Assembly (NCBI GenBank): GCA_043721575.1
Contig: JAYSQM010000081.1
Span: 1 to 62,851, forward strand
Length of the DNA stretch: 62,851 nt
Direction of reading: 5' to 3'
Source: Phycicoccus sp.
Lineage (GTDB): Bacteria > Actinomycetota > Actinomycetes > Actinomycetales > Dermatophilaceae
The notes beneath the pieces were generated by a model, which worked only from the letters and a program-made list of their open reading frames with translations, was not told the origin of the DNA and searched no databases. Each line of letters opens with the position of its first letter. Positions within the stretch are counted from its first letter, which is position 1. Below, one piece after another: positions 27,436-37,875 of this stretch. Made by a program: the position numbers and the translations under genes.

Positions 27436-30228
27436 TCAGGCGCGCGGGATCTCGCGCATCTCGTGGGTCTCGATGATGTCGTCAATCCTGATGTCGTTGA
27501 AGCTGCCGAGGTTGATACCGCACTCGAAGCCCTCGCGAACCTCGACCACGTCGTCCTTGAAGCGACGCAGACCGGTGATCTCGACACCCTCGCTGACGAC
27601 GGCACCGTCACGGATGATCCGCGCCCTGGTGCCGCGCTTGATCTCGCCGGAGCGAACCAACGAACCGGCGACGTTGCCGAACTTGGAAGACTTGAAGACC
27701 TCGCGCACCTCGGCGGTGCCCAGCTGGACCTCTTCGTACTCCGGCTTGAGCATGCCCTTGAGTGCTGCCTCGATGTCCTCGATCGCCGAGTAGATGACCG
27801 AGTAGAAGCGCAGCTCTACACCCTCGCGGTCGGCCAGCTCGGCGACCCGCTCTGCGGGCCGGACGTTGAAGCCGATGATGACGGCGTTGTCGACCGTCGC
27901 CAGGTTGACATCGTTCTGCGTGATCGCACCCACACCGCGGTGGATGATCCGCAGGTCGACCTCGTCACCGACGTCGATCTTGAGCAGGGCGTCCTCGAGC
28001 GCTTCGACAGAACCCGACACGTCACCCTTGAGGATGAGATTGAGGTTGTCGACCTTGCCCGCGGCCAGCGCCTCGTCGAGGTCCTCGAGGCTGATCCGCT
28101 TGCGACGCTTGGCCAGGCTGGCCGCTCGCTGGGCTGCCTCGCGACGCTCGGCGATCTGCCGGGCGGTGCGGTCGTCGGGTGCCACCAGGAACGTGTCACC
28201 GGCGCCGGGCACAGAGGTCAGCCCGAGCACGAGGACCGGACGCGACGGCGTGGCCTCCTCGACCGTGTCACCATGCTCGTCCAGCATGGCGCGGACGCGG
28301 CCGTAGCCACCTCCGGCGACGATCGAGTCACCGATACGCAGCGTTCCGGACTGGACCAGCACCGTGGCGACAGGGCCACGCCCCTTGTCCAGGTGGGCTT
28401 CGATGGCCACCCCGCGCGCGTCCTTGTTTGGGTTGGCCCGCAGGTCGAGCGCCGCGTCGGCGGTCAGGAGCACCGCCTCGAGCAGGGTGTCGATGTTCGT
28501 ACCCTCCTTGGCGGAGACGTTGACGAACATCGTGTCGCCGCCGTACTCCTCGGCCACGAGGTTGTACTCGGTCAGCTGCTGGCGGACCTTGTCGGGGTTG
28601 GCCCCTTCCTTGTCCACCTTGTTGACGGCGACCACGATCGGCACACCAGCGGCCTGGGCGTGGTTGAGCGCCTCGATCGTCTGCGGCATGACGCCATCAT
28701 CGGCGGCGACCACGAGGATCGCGATGTCGGTGACCCTGGCACCACGGGCACGCATCGCCGTGAAGGCCTCGTGACCGGGGGTGTCAATGAACGTGATGGC
28801 GCGTTCGTTGCCCTCGTGCTCCGCGAACACCTGGTAGGCACCGATGTGCTGGGTGATGCCTCCGGCCTCGCCCTGCGCGACCTCCGCGTTGCGGATCGCA
28901 TCCAGCAGCCGGGTCTTTCCGTGGTCGACGTGCCCCATCACGGTCACGACCGGCGGACGGGCCTTGAGGTCCTCGTCGCCCTCGTCGGCCAGCTCGGCGT
29001 CGAGATCGATGTTGAACTGACCAAGCAGCTCGCGCTCCTCGTCCTCCGGAGATACGACCTCAATGAGGTAGCCGAGCTCGGCTCCGAGCACACGGAACGT
29101 CTCTTCGTCCAGGGACTGCGTCGCCGTGGCCATCTCACCCAGATGGATGAGCACCGTGACCAGGCTGGCCGGGTTGGCGTTGATCTTGTCGGCGAAGTCG
29201 GTCAGCGAGGAGCCACGACGCACGCGGATGACGGTCTTGCCGTCGCCGCGGGGAACCGTGACACCGCCGAGCGACGGGGCCTGCATCTGCTCGAACTCCT
29301 GACGCTTGGCGCGCTTGGACTTGCGTCCGCGAACCGGACGTCCACCGCCACGACCGAAGGCGCCCTGGGTGCCACCGCGGCCACCGGGTCCACCTGGACG
29401 ACCGCCCCCACCGCCACCGGGGCGACCAGCGAAACCGCCGCCGCCACCGCCGGGAGCGCCACCACCGCCGGGGCGAGCGGCGAAACCGCCACCGGCACCG
29501 GGACGACCGGGAGCGCCACCACGAGCGGGACGCTCACCAGGGCGACCGACCGCTGCGCGATCGGGCATCATGCCCGGGTTGGGACGTGGACCGCCGGGAC
29601 GGGGACCGCCGGCACCCGCGGGAGCCGGACGGCCACCCTGCGGACGGGGCATTCCCTGGCTGGGAGCAAAGGGGTTGTTGCCGGGACGGGCAGCCGGCGG
29701 GGCGTCGCGACCCTCGCGGGGCTCGTGGCCTTCGCGGCCACCTCGGGGCATGCCCTGGCTCGGCGCGAACGGGTTGTTGCCGGGGCGAGGCGCTCCGGGG
29801 CGGGGCGCGGAGCGACCCGAGTCGCCACCACTATCACGTGCTCCAGGCGCCTCGGGGGCGTCGGCAACGAGGCGAGCGGCCGGTTGGGGTCCGGGGGTCG
29901 GAGCGCCCGGACGAGAGGGAGCCTCGGGTGCGCTCACTGCAGCCGCGACGGGAGCCTCGACCGAAGGATCAGCGGGCGCGGGAGCGCCGGGCTTGACTGC
30001 CGACCTCTTGGCTGCGGGTCTTGCCGCACTGTCCTTGGCATCCGTAGCGGGACCGCCGGCGACGGCTAGCTCTGCGGGGAACGTCTCGCGAATCTTGCGA
30101 ACGACCGGGGGCTCGATGGTCGAGGAAGCCGACCGGACGAACTCGCCCTGTTCTTTCAAATGGTTGAGCAAAATCTTGCTCTCGACTCCGAGCTCCTTGG
30201 CGAGCTCGTAGACCCGGACCTTAGCCAC
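27436..30228 (-). CDS. infB: translation initiation factor IF-2
   Basis: The start [14 protein letters not shown] is placed at GTG 30228, preceded by GAGGAG. The N-terminal region is Gly/Pro/Arg-rich. G domain motifs: [21 protein letters not shown]. Confidence 0.97.
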   Translation of the reverse strand: MAKVRVYELAKELGVESKILLNHLKEQGEFVRSASSTIEPPVVRKIRETFPAELAVAGGPATDAKDSAARPAAKRSAVKPGAPAPADPSVEAPVAAAVSAPEAPSRPGAPTPGPQPAARLVADAPEAPGARDSGGDSGRSAPRPGAPRPGNNPFAPSQGMPRGGREGHEPREGRDAPPAARPGNNPFAPSQGMPRPQGGRPAPAGAGGPRPGGPRPNPGMMPDRAAVGRPGERPARGGAPGRPGAGGGFAARPGGGGAPGGGGGGFAGRPGGGGGGRPGGPGGRGGTQGAFGRGGGRPVRGRKSKRAKRQEFEQMQAPSLGGVTVPRGDGKTVIRVRRGSSLTDFADKINANPASLVTVLIHLGEMATATQSLDEETFRVLGAELGYLIEVVSPEDEERELLGQFNIDLDAELADEGDEDLKARPPVVTVMGHVDHGKTRLLDAIRNAEVAQGEAGGITQHIGAYQVFAEHEGNERAITFIDTPGHEAFTAMRARGARVTDIAILVVAADDGVMPQTIEALNHAQAAGVPIVVAVNKVDKEGANPDKVRQQLTEYNLVAEEYGGDTMFVNVSAKEGTNIDTLLEAVLLTADAALDLRANPNKDARGVAIEAHLDKGRGPVATVLVQSGTLRIGDSIVAGGGYGRVRAMLDEHGDTVEEATPSRPVLVLGLTSVPGAGDTFLVAPDDRTARQIAERREAAQRAASLAKRRKRISLEDLDEALAAGKVDNLNLILKGDVSGSVEALEDALLKIDVGDEVDLRIIHRGVGAITQNDVNLATVDNAVIIGFNVRPAERVAELADREGVELRFYSVIYSAIEDIEAALKGMLKPEYEEVQLGTAEVREVFKSSKFGNVAGSLVRSGEIKRGTRARIIRDGAVVSEGVEITGLRRFKDDVVEVREGFECGINLGSFNDIRIDDIIETHEMREIPRA

Positions 30229-30296
30229 GTTTCTCCTCATCTATGGCCCGGGCGGATCGAGATGAAGCGCGGGCCGTCGTTAGTGCTGGGTGTTGC

Positions 30297-30740
30297 TCAT
30301 CGGTGAGTACTCATCGGAGGCTCATCAGCGTCAAACCCGCTTTCGGTTTCAGGAACCTGCTGAGCTGCCGACTCCGGGGTGGAGCTGACAGCTGTGACGA
30401 CGGACTGCTCATCTGCCGCGAACTGCTGAAGTGCCCCGATGTACGCGCTCACGGCCGCCACCTCGAGGAAGGCCTTGACTCGCAGGGCCCGCCCGAACGC
30501 TTTGCGCCGCACGGCCAGATCGAGACATTCCGGTGTCGGGTGCAACCAAGCGCCACGCCCTGGCAACCGGAGCCGCGGATCGGCAACAACTCTGGCGATG
30601 TGCTCACCGGTGTCGTTGCACTCCGCGACAACTCGCAGCAATGCCGATCGAACATCGCGACGTCGGCAGCCCACACACGTTCGTGCCATGCGTTGGGTTG
30701 GCCGCTGACGGATCCGTCGCAACCGATCGATCTCCACCAC
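30297..30740 (-). CDS. ylxR: YlxR/DUF448 family protein
   Basis: RTCVGCRRR...GRGAWLH motif. The start is ambiguous: GTG 30740 or ATG 30686. A C-terminal extension of about 45 aa lies beyond the usual domain. Confidence 0.8.
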   Translation of the reverse strand: MVEIDRLRRIRQRPTQRMARTCVGCRRRDVRSALLRVVAECNDTGEHIARVVADPRLRLPGRGAWLHPTPECLDLAVRRKAFGRALRVKAFLEVAAVSAYIGALQQFAADEQSVVTAVSSTPESAAQQVPETESGFDADEPPMSTHR

Positions 30741-30748
30741 CCTACCGC

Positions 30749-31789
30749 CTAGCGCTCACCGTCTGTGCCAGCGTCGGTCCCAGGGGTCCCATCAGCGGGT
30801 GCAGGCGCGGTGTCAGAACGGATGTCGATGCGCCAGCCGGTCAGCTTGGCGGCGAGCCGGGCGTTCTGACCCTCCTTGCCGATGGCCAACGACAGCTGGT
30901 AGTCGGGGACGATCACCCGGGCCGAACGTGCCTCCGGGTCGACGATCTCGACCGAGTTGACCCGCGACGGCGAGAGCGCCGCTGCCACAAAGGCGCGAGG
31001 GTCCTCCGAGAAGTCCACGATGTCGATCTTCTCGCCGTGCAGCTCGGTCATGATCGCCCGGACCCGGGCCCCCATCGGACCGATACAGGCGCCCTTGGCG
31101 TTGACACCGGGGGTCTTGGAGTGCACGGCGACCTTGGTTCGGTGTCCCGCCTCGCGGGCCAGTGCCGCGATCTCGACAGTGCCGTCTGCCACCTCGGGGA
31201 TCTCGAGGGCGAACAGCTTGCGCACCAGGTTGGGGTGGGTGCGCGACAGACTGATCTGGGGTCCACGCTGACCACGCTTCACGCTGACCACGAAACAACG
31301 TAGACGCTCGCCGTGGACGTACTTCTCCCCCGGCACCTGTTCAGCCAAGGGCAGCGACCCCTCGATGGCCCCGAAGTCGACCATCACGTAGCGCGGATCG
31401 CTGCTCTGCTGGATGACACCCGTGATGATGTCGCCTTCACGGCCATGGAAGTCGCCCATGATCGCCTCGTCCTCGAGGTCGCGCAGTCGCTGCACGATGA
31501 TTTGGCGCGCCGTCGAGGCCGCGATCCGCCCGAAACCATCTGGAGTGTCGTCGAACTCGGGGCCGGGCTCAGGGCGCTCCTCGGTCTCAGGGTCGGTGAC
31601 GCCCTCCTCGCGCGCCCACACGATCACGTGGCCGCTCACGCGGTCGAGCTCCACGCGGGCGAGGCGCCGGGCGCCCTCGGTACGGTGATAGGCCACGAGC
31701 ATCGCCTGCTCGATCGCCGGGATGATGACGTCCAGGGGGATGTCCCGTTCACGCCCAAGACTGCGCAACGCCGCCAGGTCGATATCCAT
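30749..31789 (-). CDS. nusA: transcription termination/antitermination factor NusA
   Basis: 346-aa ORF with N-terminal, S1 and KH1/KH2 domains recognisable by eye. Confidence 0.97.
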   Translation of the reverse strand: MDIDLAALRSLGRERDIPLDVIIPAIEQAMLVAYHRTEGARRLARVELDRVSGHVIVWAREEGVTDPETEERPEPGPEFDDTPDGFGRIAASTARQIIVQRLRDLEDEAIMGDFHGREGDIITGVIQQSSDPRYVMVDFGAIEGSLPLAEQVPGEKYVHGERLRCFVVSVKRGQRGPQISLSRTHPNLVRKLFALEIPEVADGTVEIAALAREAGHRTKVAVHSKTPGVNAKGACIGPMGARVRAIMTELHGEKIDIVDFSEDPRAFVAAALSPSRVNSVEIVDPEARSARVIVPDYQLSLAIGKEGQNARLAAKLTGWRIDIRSDTAPAPADGTPGTDAGTDGER

Positions 31790-32352
31790 CAGCTCTCCTC
31801 CTCTGTAGCGGCGCGGGCAAACTCGACCTGCACCTGGGCGCGGGCGATGTCGGCATACGCAATGCGTAGCTCGGTCTCTGGTTCGTTCTTGGTCGCCGCC
31901 ACCAGCACCGTCGTGTGGGCGGGCCCGGCGGCGACCAGGCGGCCGGTGAGCGGATCGCCCTCGGCGCCCTCGATGCGCCGGATCTCGACGAGCCGGGTGA
32001 CGTTGCGGCGGAAGTGACGCGGTTCCGTGAGCGGGCGGTCGACACCCGCCGACCCGACCTCGAGGACGTAGGGCGTTTCGCCCGCCGCATCGGAGGCGTC
32101 CAGAGCGGCGCTGATGGCACGGGTCGCATCGGAGACCTCGTCGAGCGAGAGCGGATCGACCACGCTGGACTCATCGCCGGCATCGAGACCGGCGAGGTCA
32201 CGGTCCAACCAGATGCGGACCAGTCTGCGCTTGCCGGCGGGCGTCACCGCCACGTCCTCGATGATGAGCCCGAGCTCACCGAGCGGGCCTGGGACCTCAG
32301 CGGTGCCCTGGAGTTCGAGCAGGACTTGGCGAATTCGTTCCTGAGTGCTCAA
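31789..32352 (-). CDS. rimP: ribosome maturation factor RimP
   Basis: 187-aa ORF with a TTG start 6 nt after GGAGG. It has a TGATG overlap with nusA. Confidence 0.9.
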   Translation of the reverse strand: MSTQERIRQVLLELQGTAEVPGPLGELGLIIEDVAVTPAGKRRLVRIWLDRDLAGLDAGDESSVVDPLSLDEVSDATRAISAALDASDAAGETPYVLEVGSAGVDRPLTEPRHFRRNVTRLVEIRRIEGAEGDPLTGRLVAAGPAHTTVLVAATKNEPETELRIAYADIARAQVQVEFARAATEEES

Positions 32353-32447
32353 CTGCCGCCTCCGCTTCCCTGCTCTTCTCGAATGTCGCCACCTCGTGCG
32401 CCTGTTCCCGCGGTGGTCGTCGACCCCAGTCTGTCATCATCGAGACC

Positions 32448-33404
32448 ATGCCCGCGAACCACCGTCTGCCGCGCTCCTGGTCGCGCAGGTCCATTTTGGT
32501 GGCGCTCGCGGCGGGGGCCGTGACAGCGCTTTCGGTGACGACGCTGTCCGGATGTCAGGTGCAGCTGGAGGAAGGCGCTCGGCGTATCCCGCTCGCCCCC
32601 ACCCGCGTTCCCATGAAGGACGAGAAGGCGCTGTTGGCAGTGCTCGGTCGCACCACGGCGTTGGAACTGCTGGCCAAGTCGGCCGGGAGTTCGTCCACGT
32701 CGATGCCGGGTCAACTGAGCGCAGTTCACGCCACCCAGGTCGGTGTGATCGCGCGCCTGCTACGAGAGGGCGGGGTGCCCGAGTCGATGATCGGTGCGTC
32801 CACCCTCACCAGACCCACCACCAACCCCACCGCACCTGCGGCGGTGCTGTCCGACGTCGAGCGCGACTCCGTCAGCGACATCGTGCTGGCCGACCTCGCG
32901 AACGCCCACGTCGCGCTGATCGGCTCCATGCTGGCCCAGCGCCTTGCGGCAGTGACACTGCTCGGCGCCATCGTTGCGCCGGTCGTCCCGTCCGGCCTCA
33001 AGGGTGCCGAGGCGGTGCGGCTGCTGGCGGGGGCGCGCGCCGCGGTCTACGGCTTCGAGGTCGTCGCGGCACAGATCGACAGCAACGGTCGGGCACTGGC
33101 GAGGTCAACGCTGGCGTCACTACGGACTCGCACCTCCGAGCTCGAGACGCTGATCGGGTCCTCATCCACCCCACCGCCTCTGGGTTACCAGCTGCCCTTC
33201 CCTGTCACGGACACAGACAGCGCCAGGCGCCTGGCACTGCACCTGCTGGAGGCATTGCTCACCAGCCATGCCGCCTCGCTGGAGCCGGCGACGGGTCACG
33301 CGACCGCCCTGGCGCTCCTCGTGCAGTGGCTGGGCGCGACCGAGGCCATCGCGTCGCAATGGGGCGCCCCCCTGGCGGCCTTTCCCGGGCTGAACAGCGG
33401 ATGA
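32448..33404 (+). CDS. Tat-signal lipoprotein, Ala-rich (possibly ferritin-like/DUF4439-type)
   Basis: Twin-arginine signal SRRSILVALAAG followed by the lipobox LSGC. The domain assignment is from memory only. Confidence 0.6.
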   Translation: MPANHRLPRSWSRRSILVALAAGAVTALSVTTLSGCQVQLEEGARRIPLAPTRVPMKDEKALLAVLGRTTALELLAKSAGSSSTSMPGQLSAVHATQVGVIARLLREGGVPESMIGASTLTRPTTNPTAPAAVLSDVERDSVSDIVLADLANAHVALIGSMLAQRLAAVTLLGAIVAPVVPSGLKGAEAVRLLAGARAAVYGFEVVAAQIDSNGRALARSTLASLRTRTSELETLIGSSSTPPPLGYQLPFPVTDTDSARRLALHLLEALLTSHAASLEPATGHATALALLVQWLGATEAIASQWGAPLAAFPGLNSG

Positions 33405-34264
33405 GCGCACTTGTACCAGAAGCGTTCTCGGCACTGGTGACCGGCCGCGAGCCTGAGCCGTACATCGGCGGTGACGCATGGCTGGCGCGCCTACCTCGGC
33501 TCGTGGAGGAGTCGCTGGATGAGTGGGACCTCACGCTCGATGGTGAACCGATGCACGGGATGTGCGCGCTGGTGCTGCCGGTTCGACGTCGCGACGACTC
33601 CACGGCCGTCCTGAAGGTCACCTGGCCCCACGTCCAGGCCGAGCACGAGCATCTCGCGTTGCTGCACTGGGGGGGCCACGGCGCCGTGCGGCTGCTCGCC
33701 GCCAACCCGGGTCGGTGGGCCATGCTCCTGGAGCGGCTGCACAACGGCCGGGACCTGCATGACGTCCCGATCGACGAAGCCTGCCGCGTGATCGGGGACC
33801 TGCTCCGGCAACTGGATCACGTTGCGATCCCCCAGCTTTCGCGTCTGTCCGCCGACGCTGAGCGCCTGGCAGCAAGGCTCGGTTCCGATTCTCCTGCCAT
33901 CCCACGCCGGTTCGTGGAACAGGCGCGCGCACTGCTGTCGGACCTGGTGACCGACGATGCCATCGACGCGCGCATGGTCCACACCGACCTGCACTACTGG
34001 AACGTCCTGGCGGCCGACCCGGCCTTCGCCGTCACGCCCGCTCTGTGGAACCGATGGGAGGAAGCGGTGTCCGGCGGCGACCTGCGTCAACACCTGCGCC
34101 GTCGCCTCACGATCATCTGTGACAGCGCCGGCGTCGACGAGGAACGAGCACGGGCCTGGTCGATCGTGCGAGAGGTGCAGATGGCCCTGTGGGCGGTCGA
34201 GGACGATGACGCCGACGAGCTCACAAAGGCGATCGCGATCATCAAGGCGATGCAGCCGGACTGA
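33401..34264 (+). CDS. aminoglycoside/streptomycin-kinase-like phosphotransferase
   Basis: Starts at the ATG of an ATGA overlap with the lipoprotein gene. Catalytic loop [11 protein letters not shown]. The 5' 1 kb of the 639-aa ORF is an out-of-context extension. Confidence 0.75.
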   Translation: MSALVPEAFSALVTGREPEPYIGGDAWLARLPRLVEESLDEWDLTLDGEPMHGMCALVLPVRRRDDSTAVLKVTWPHVQAEHEHLALLHWGGHGAVRLLAANPGRWAMLLERLHNGRDLHDVPIDEACRVIGDLLRQLDHVAIPQLSRLSADAERLAARLGSDSPAIPRRFVEQARALLSDLVTDDAIDARMVHTDLHYWNVLAADPAFAVTPALWNRWEEAVSGGDLRQHLRRRLTIICDSAGVDEERARAWSIVREVQMALWAVEDDDADELTKAIAIIKAMQPD

Positions 34265-34326
34265 CCTGTGCCCGTCGCCCGCCAAGCTGTCCACTGATGC
34301 CGACACCCGTGGCATACGTTGAGGTC

Positions 34327-36369
34327 ATGGCCAACCGCCTTGCGAACTCGACCAGCCCGTACCTGCTCCAGCACGCCGCGAACCCGGTCCACTGGCAGGA
34401 ATGGGGCCAAGAGGCGTTCGCCGAGGCGCGCAGCCGCGATGTCCCCGTACTGCTCTCGGTGGGCTATTCGGCCTGCCACTGGTGTCACGTGATGGCCCAC
34501 GAGTCGTTCGAGGACGCCGAGGTTGCCGCTGTCCTGAACGCCGACTTCGTCGCGATCAAGGTCGACCGTGAGGAACGCCCGGACATCGACGCGATCTATA
34601 TGTCGGCCACGACGGCCATGACTGGGCACGGCGGCTGGCCCATGACCTGCTTTCTCACGTCGACAGGCGACCCCTTCTTCTGCGGCACCTACTACCCCAA
34701 AACCTCGTTCCTGCAGCTGCTTTCCGGTGTCTCCGACGCCTGGACCCATCGCCGCGACGAGGTCCTCGCCAGCAGCTCACGCATCGTCGAGGCGCTGCGC
34801 ACGGCGGCCACGATCGGGGCCGGCGCGCCCCTGGCGGCGATCGAGCTCGAGCGGGCCGAAGCCCTGCTCGCGGACGGATATGACTGGCGCAACGGTGGTT
34901 TCGGCCGGGCGCCGAAGTTCCCGCCGTCGATGGTCCTGGAGTTCCTCCTGCGCCATTGGGCACGCACGGGCTCGGACCAGGCCTTGCAGATGGCCGAGGG
35001 CAGCTGCGAGGCGATGGCCCGCGGCGGGATGTACGACCAGCTGGCCGGCGGCTTCGCGCGCTACTCGGTGGACGCCGGCTGGGTGGTGCCCCACTTCGAG
35101 AAAATGCTCTACGACAACGCCCAGCTGTTGCGCGTCTATCTGCATCTGTGGCGTGCGACACGATCACCTTTCGCGGAACGGATCTCGCGCCAGACCGCGG
35201 GCTTCCTCCTGCGTGACCTGTGCACTGCCGAGGGCGGCTTCGCCTCGGCTCTGGATGCCGACACCGTGGGGGTCGAAGGGCTGACCTACAGCTGGACTGC
35301 ACTGCAGCTCGTCGAGGTGCTCGGTGAAGACGACGGCCGCCGGGCCGCCGCGCTGCTGGAGGTCACTGCGTCCGGGACCTTCGAACACGGTATGTCGACG
35401 CTTCAGCTGCGCAGGGAGCCGGACGACCCGAAGTGGTGGGAGGGCGTCCGCGGCCGCTTGCTGGTCGCGCGCGATCTGCGGCCACAGCCCGGCCGGGACG
35501 ACAAGGTGGTCACCGGCTGGAATGGTCTGGCCATCGCTGCACTTAGCGAGGCCGGTGTGCTACTTGAGGATTCGACCTGCCTCGACGCTGCGCAACGGTG
35601 CGCGCAGTTCCTCCTCGACTCCCACCTGGTTGACGGCAGGCTGCGCCGGGCGTCACGCGAGGGTGTGGTCGGAGCAGCGATGGGAGTCGCCGACGACCAC
35701 GGCAACCTGGCCGAAGGCCTGCTCGCCCTGCACCAGGCAACCGGGCAGCCGGGGTGGCTGACCGCGGCGGGCGATCTGCTGGACACCGCGCTGGCCCACT
35801 TCGCCGATGGTCAGGGCGGCTTCTTCGACACCGCGGACGACGCCGAAAAGCTCTTCACCAGACCGCGCAGTGCAGCGGACAACGCCGAGCCGTCGGGCCA
35901 TGCCGCCCTCGCCGGCGCCCTGCTGACCTACTCGGCGCTGACCGGGTCCGCACGCCACCGGGAGGCGGCCGACGCCGCCGTCGCTGCGGCCGCAGGTCTC
36001 GCCGCTCGGGACCCACGTTTCGCCGGCTGGACGCTGGCCGTGGCCGAAGCGATGGCAGCAGGCCCGTATCAGGTCGCCGTCGTCGGCGAGGGGCCGCAGG
36101 CGCGGGAGCTGCTCCGCGTCGCGCGCCGCAGCACCTCCCCCGGGCTGGTCACTGCGCACGGGTCTCCTGAGGCGCCCGGGATACCGCTCCTTGCCAACCG
36201 GCCCTTGGTGACTGGCGGCGCGGCGGCATACGTGTGTCGTGGCTTTGTCTGTGACCGCCCGGTGACGACACCCGAAGAGCTGACGTCAGCCCTGGAGAGC
36301 CCGCGATCAACGCGAAGGATTGTGGGTGTTCTGACACCCACAATCCTTCGCCAGGATCCCCTCAGCTGA
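34327..36369 (+). CDS. thioredoxin-domain protein (DUF255/YyaL-like) with a six-hairpin C-terminal domain
   Basis: [13 protein letters not shown] and [20 protein letters not shown] motifs. The start is ATG 34327 or 34297. Confidence 0.88.
   Translation: MANRLANSTSPYLLQHAANPVHWQEWGQEAFAEARSRDVPVLLSVGYSACHWCHVMAHESFEDAEVAAVLNADFVAIKVDREERPDIDAIYMSATTAMTGHGGWPMTCFLTSTGDPFFCGTYYPKTSFLQLLSGVSDAWTHRRDEVLASSSRIVEALRTAATIGAGAPLAAIELERAEALLADGYDWRNGGFGRAPKFPPSMVLEFLLRHWARTGSDQALQMAEGSCEAMARGGMYDQLAGGFARYSVDAGWVVPHFEKMLYDNAQLLRVYLHLWRATRSPFAERISRQTAGFLLRDLCTAEGGFASALDADTVGVEGLTYSWTALQLVEVLGEDDGRRAAALLEVTASGTFEHGMSTLQLRREPDDPKWWEGVRGRLLVARDLRPQPGRDDKVVTGWNGLAIAALSEAGVLLEDSTCLDAAQRCAQFLLDSHLVDGRLRRASREGVVGAAMGVADDHGNLAEGLLALHQATGQPGWLTAAGDLLDTALAHFADGQGGFFDTADDAEKLFTRPRSAADNAEPSGHAALAGALLTYSALTGSARHREAADAAVAAAAGLAARDPRFAGWTLAVAEAMAAGPYQVAVVGEGPQARELLRVARRSTSPGLVTAHGSPEAPGIPLLANRPLVTGGAAAYVCRGFVCDRPVTTPEELTSALESPRSTRRIVGVLTPTILRQDPLS
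36312..36351. terminator. 18-bp perfect hairpin at the convergent gene junction (bidirectional, no U-tract)
   Basis: gcgaaggattgtgggtgt (36312-36329), loop tctg, acacccacaatccttcgc (36334-36351). About 50 % GC. It lies inside the last 58 nt of the plus-strand CDS. Confidence 0.6.
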
Positions 36370-37144
36370 GCTGCCCGATCACGTCAAGGCCGATCTTGAC
36401 GATGAACGCGCCCACCACGATGACGAAGACGATGCGGACGAACCCGGCGCCTTTGGCCATTGCCGTGCGTGCGCCGAGGTATCCGCCCATCAGGTTGCCC
36501 AGTCCCATCAGCAGGCCAACCTTCCACATCACTGCACCCTGAGGGATGAAGATGGCCAGAGCAGCCAGGTTGGTGGCGAAGTTGGCGATCTTGGCCAAGG
36601 CGCTGGCCTCCAGGAACGCATAGCCGAGCAGGCCAACGAGGGCGAACACCAAGAACGAGCCCGTTCCGGGGCCGAGTGCACCGTCATACATGCCGACTAG
36701 GAAACCGACCCCGGTGCCGGCCAGCAGGTGGCGTTGTCCCGAGAAGCGAAGGTCGGTCTCACGGCCGAGTCCCGGCTTGAGCAGCGTGTAGGTCCCGACC
36801 CCGATCAGCACCACCAGGATGATCGGGTTGAAGGCTGCCTTCGGGATGCGCGATGCGAGCAGGGCGCCGATCAGGGAACCGCCGAATGCCAGCAGTGCCA
36901 GCGGGATCGCGGTCTTCGGGTCTGGCCTGACGCGGCGGTAGTAGGTCACCGCGCTCACCGACGTGCCACAGATCGAGCTGAGCTTGTTGGTGGCCAGGAT
37001 CTGGATCGGAGCCGCTTGCGGAAACCCGAGCAGCAGCGCTGGCAGCTGGATCAGCCCGCCACCACCGACAACCGCGTCGACCCACCCCGCACAGACTGCG
37101 GCCAGGCCCATGAGCACGAGCGTGGTGGTCGAGGGGTCGTTCAC
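36362..37144 (-). CDS. TauE/SafE (TSUP) family anion exporter
   Basis: Polytopic product with [12 protein letters not shown] prefer GTG 37144, which forms a GTGA overlap with the HAD stop. TTG 37156 is the alternative. Confidence 0.85.
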   Translation of the reverse strand: MNDPSTTTLVLMGLAAVCAGWVDAVVGGGGLIQLPALLLGFPQAAPIQILATNKLSSICGTSVSAVTYYRRVRPDPKTAIPLALLAFGGSLIGALLASRIPKAAFNPIILVVLIGVGTYTLLKPGLGRETDLRFSGQRHLLAGTGVGFLVGMYDGALGPGTGSFLVFALVGLLGYAFLEASALAKIANFATNLAALAIFIPQGAVMWKVGLLMGLGNLMGGYLGARTAMAKGAGFVRIVFVIVVGAFIVKIGLDVIGQLS

Positions 37145-37875
37145 TGCGACTGCCAACCGTCCACGATGTCGAGGATGTCGAGCAGCTCGTGTGCCACGCC
37201 GTCAGGAATCACGTCGACCGGAACTTGTTGTGCCACCGGGATCTTCGAATGCGGAACCCAGATGGCGCGCATTCCGGCCGCTTGGCTTCCGTGAACGTCC
37301 TCGAACGGTCGGTCCCCCACATAGACGGCCTCACAGGGCTCCACTCCGAGAGCCGCAGCCGCCGCATGGAAAGCCTGTGGGTGCGGCTTGGTCCAGGCTA
37401 TCTCGCTCGAGTAGACGTCGGCGTCGATCAGGTCGAGGACTCCGTCGCGCTCGAACACACCGCGGTGGTAGTCCCCGGACCAGATGGTGTTGGACAGAAC
37501 TCCCACCCCGATCCCCCGCTCCCTGAGGCCTTCGAACAGCGGACGCACCTGCTCGTCGGTGAACGTGTGCGGCTCCCAGAACTGCCGGTATGCCACCAAA
37601 GCCGCCTCGTGCCAGGGATCGGCCGGATCCAGTCCAGCCTGACGCAACAGGTCATCCATCTGCGCGCTGCCCTGTCCGGTGCGCGACCGCTGCCACGCCG
37701 CGTCCTCCGCTGCGAGAATGCGGGCCGCGAGATCGGCACTGGCCTGGTCGTCATCACGGTGAACAGCTCGCGCGTACACCGTCCACTGCTCCGCAAGGTC
37801 GACGGTGTGCCACGGCGTGAGCGTGCCACCCCAGTCGAAGATGACCGCACGAAGCCGCGGGACGGACGGGACCAT
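37141..37875 (-). CDS. HAD-superfamily hydrolase
   Basis: Motif I-like AVIFDWGGTLT and motif IV VGDRPFEDVHG. The start overlaps the proS stop (TGATG). Confidence 0.85.
   Translation of the reverse strand: MVPSVPRLRAVIFDWGGTLTPWHTVDLAEQWTVYARAVHRDDDQASADLAARILAAEDAAWQRSRTGQGSAQMDDLLRQAGLDPADPWHEAALVAYRQFWEPHTFTDEQVRPLFEGLRERGIGVGVLSNTIWSGDYHRGVFERDGVLDLIDADVYSSEIAWTKPHPQAFHAAAAALGVEPCEAVYVGDRPFEDVHGSQAAGMRAIWVPHSKIPVAQQVPVDVIPDGVAHELLDILDIVDGWQSQ

Noticed and set aside
30243-30752. A 169-aa plus-strand ORF opposite ylxR.
   Set aside because: The minus frame carries the diagnostic RTCVGCR...GRGAWLH motif in the conserved nusA-ylxR-infB position. The plus ORF has no features.
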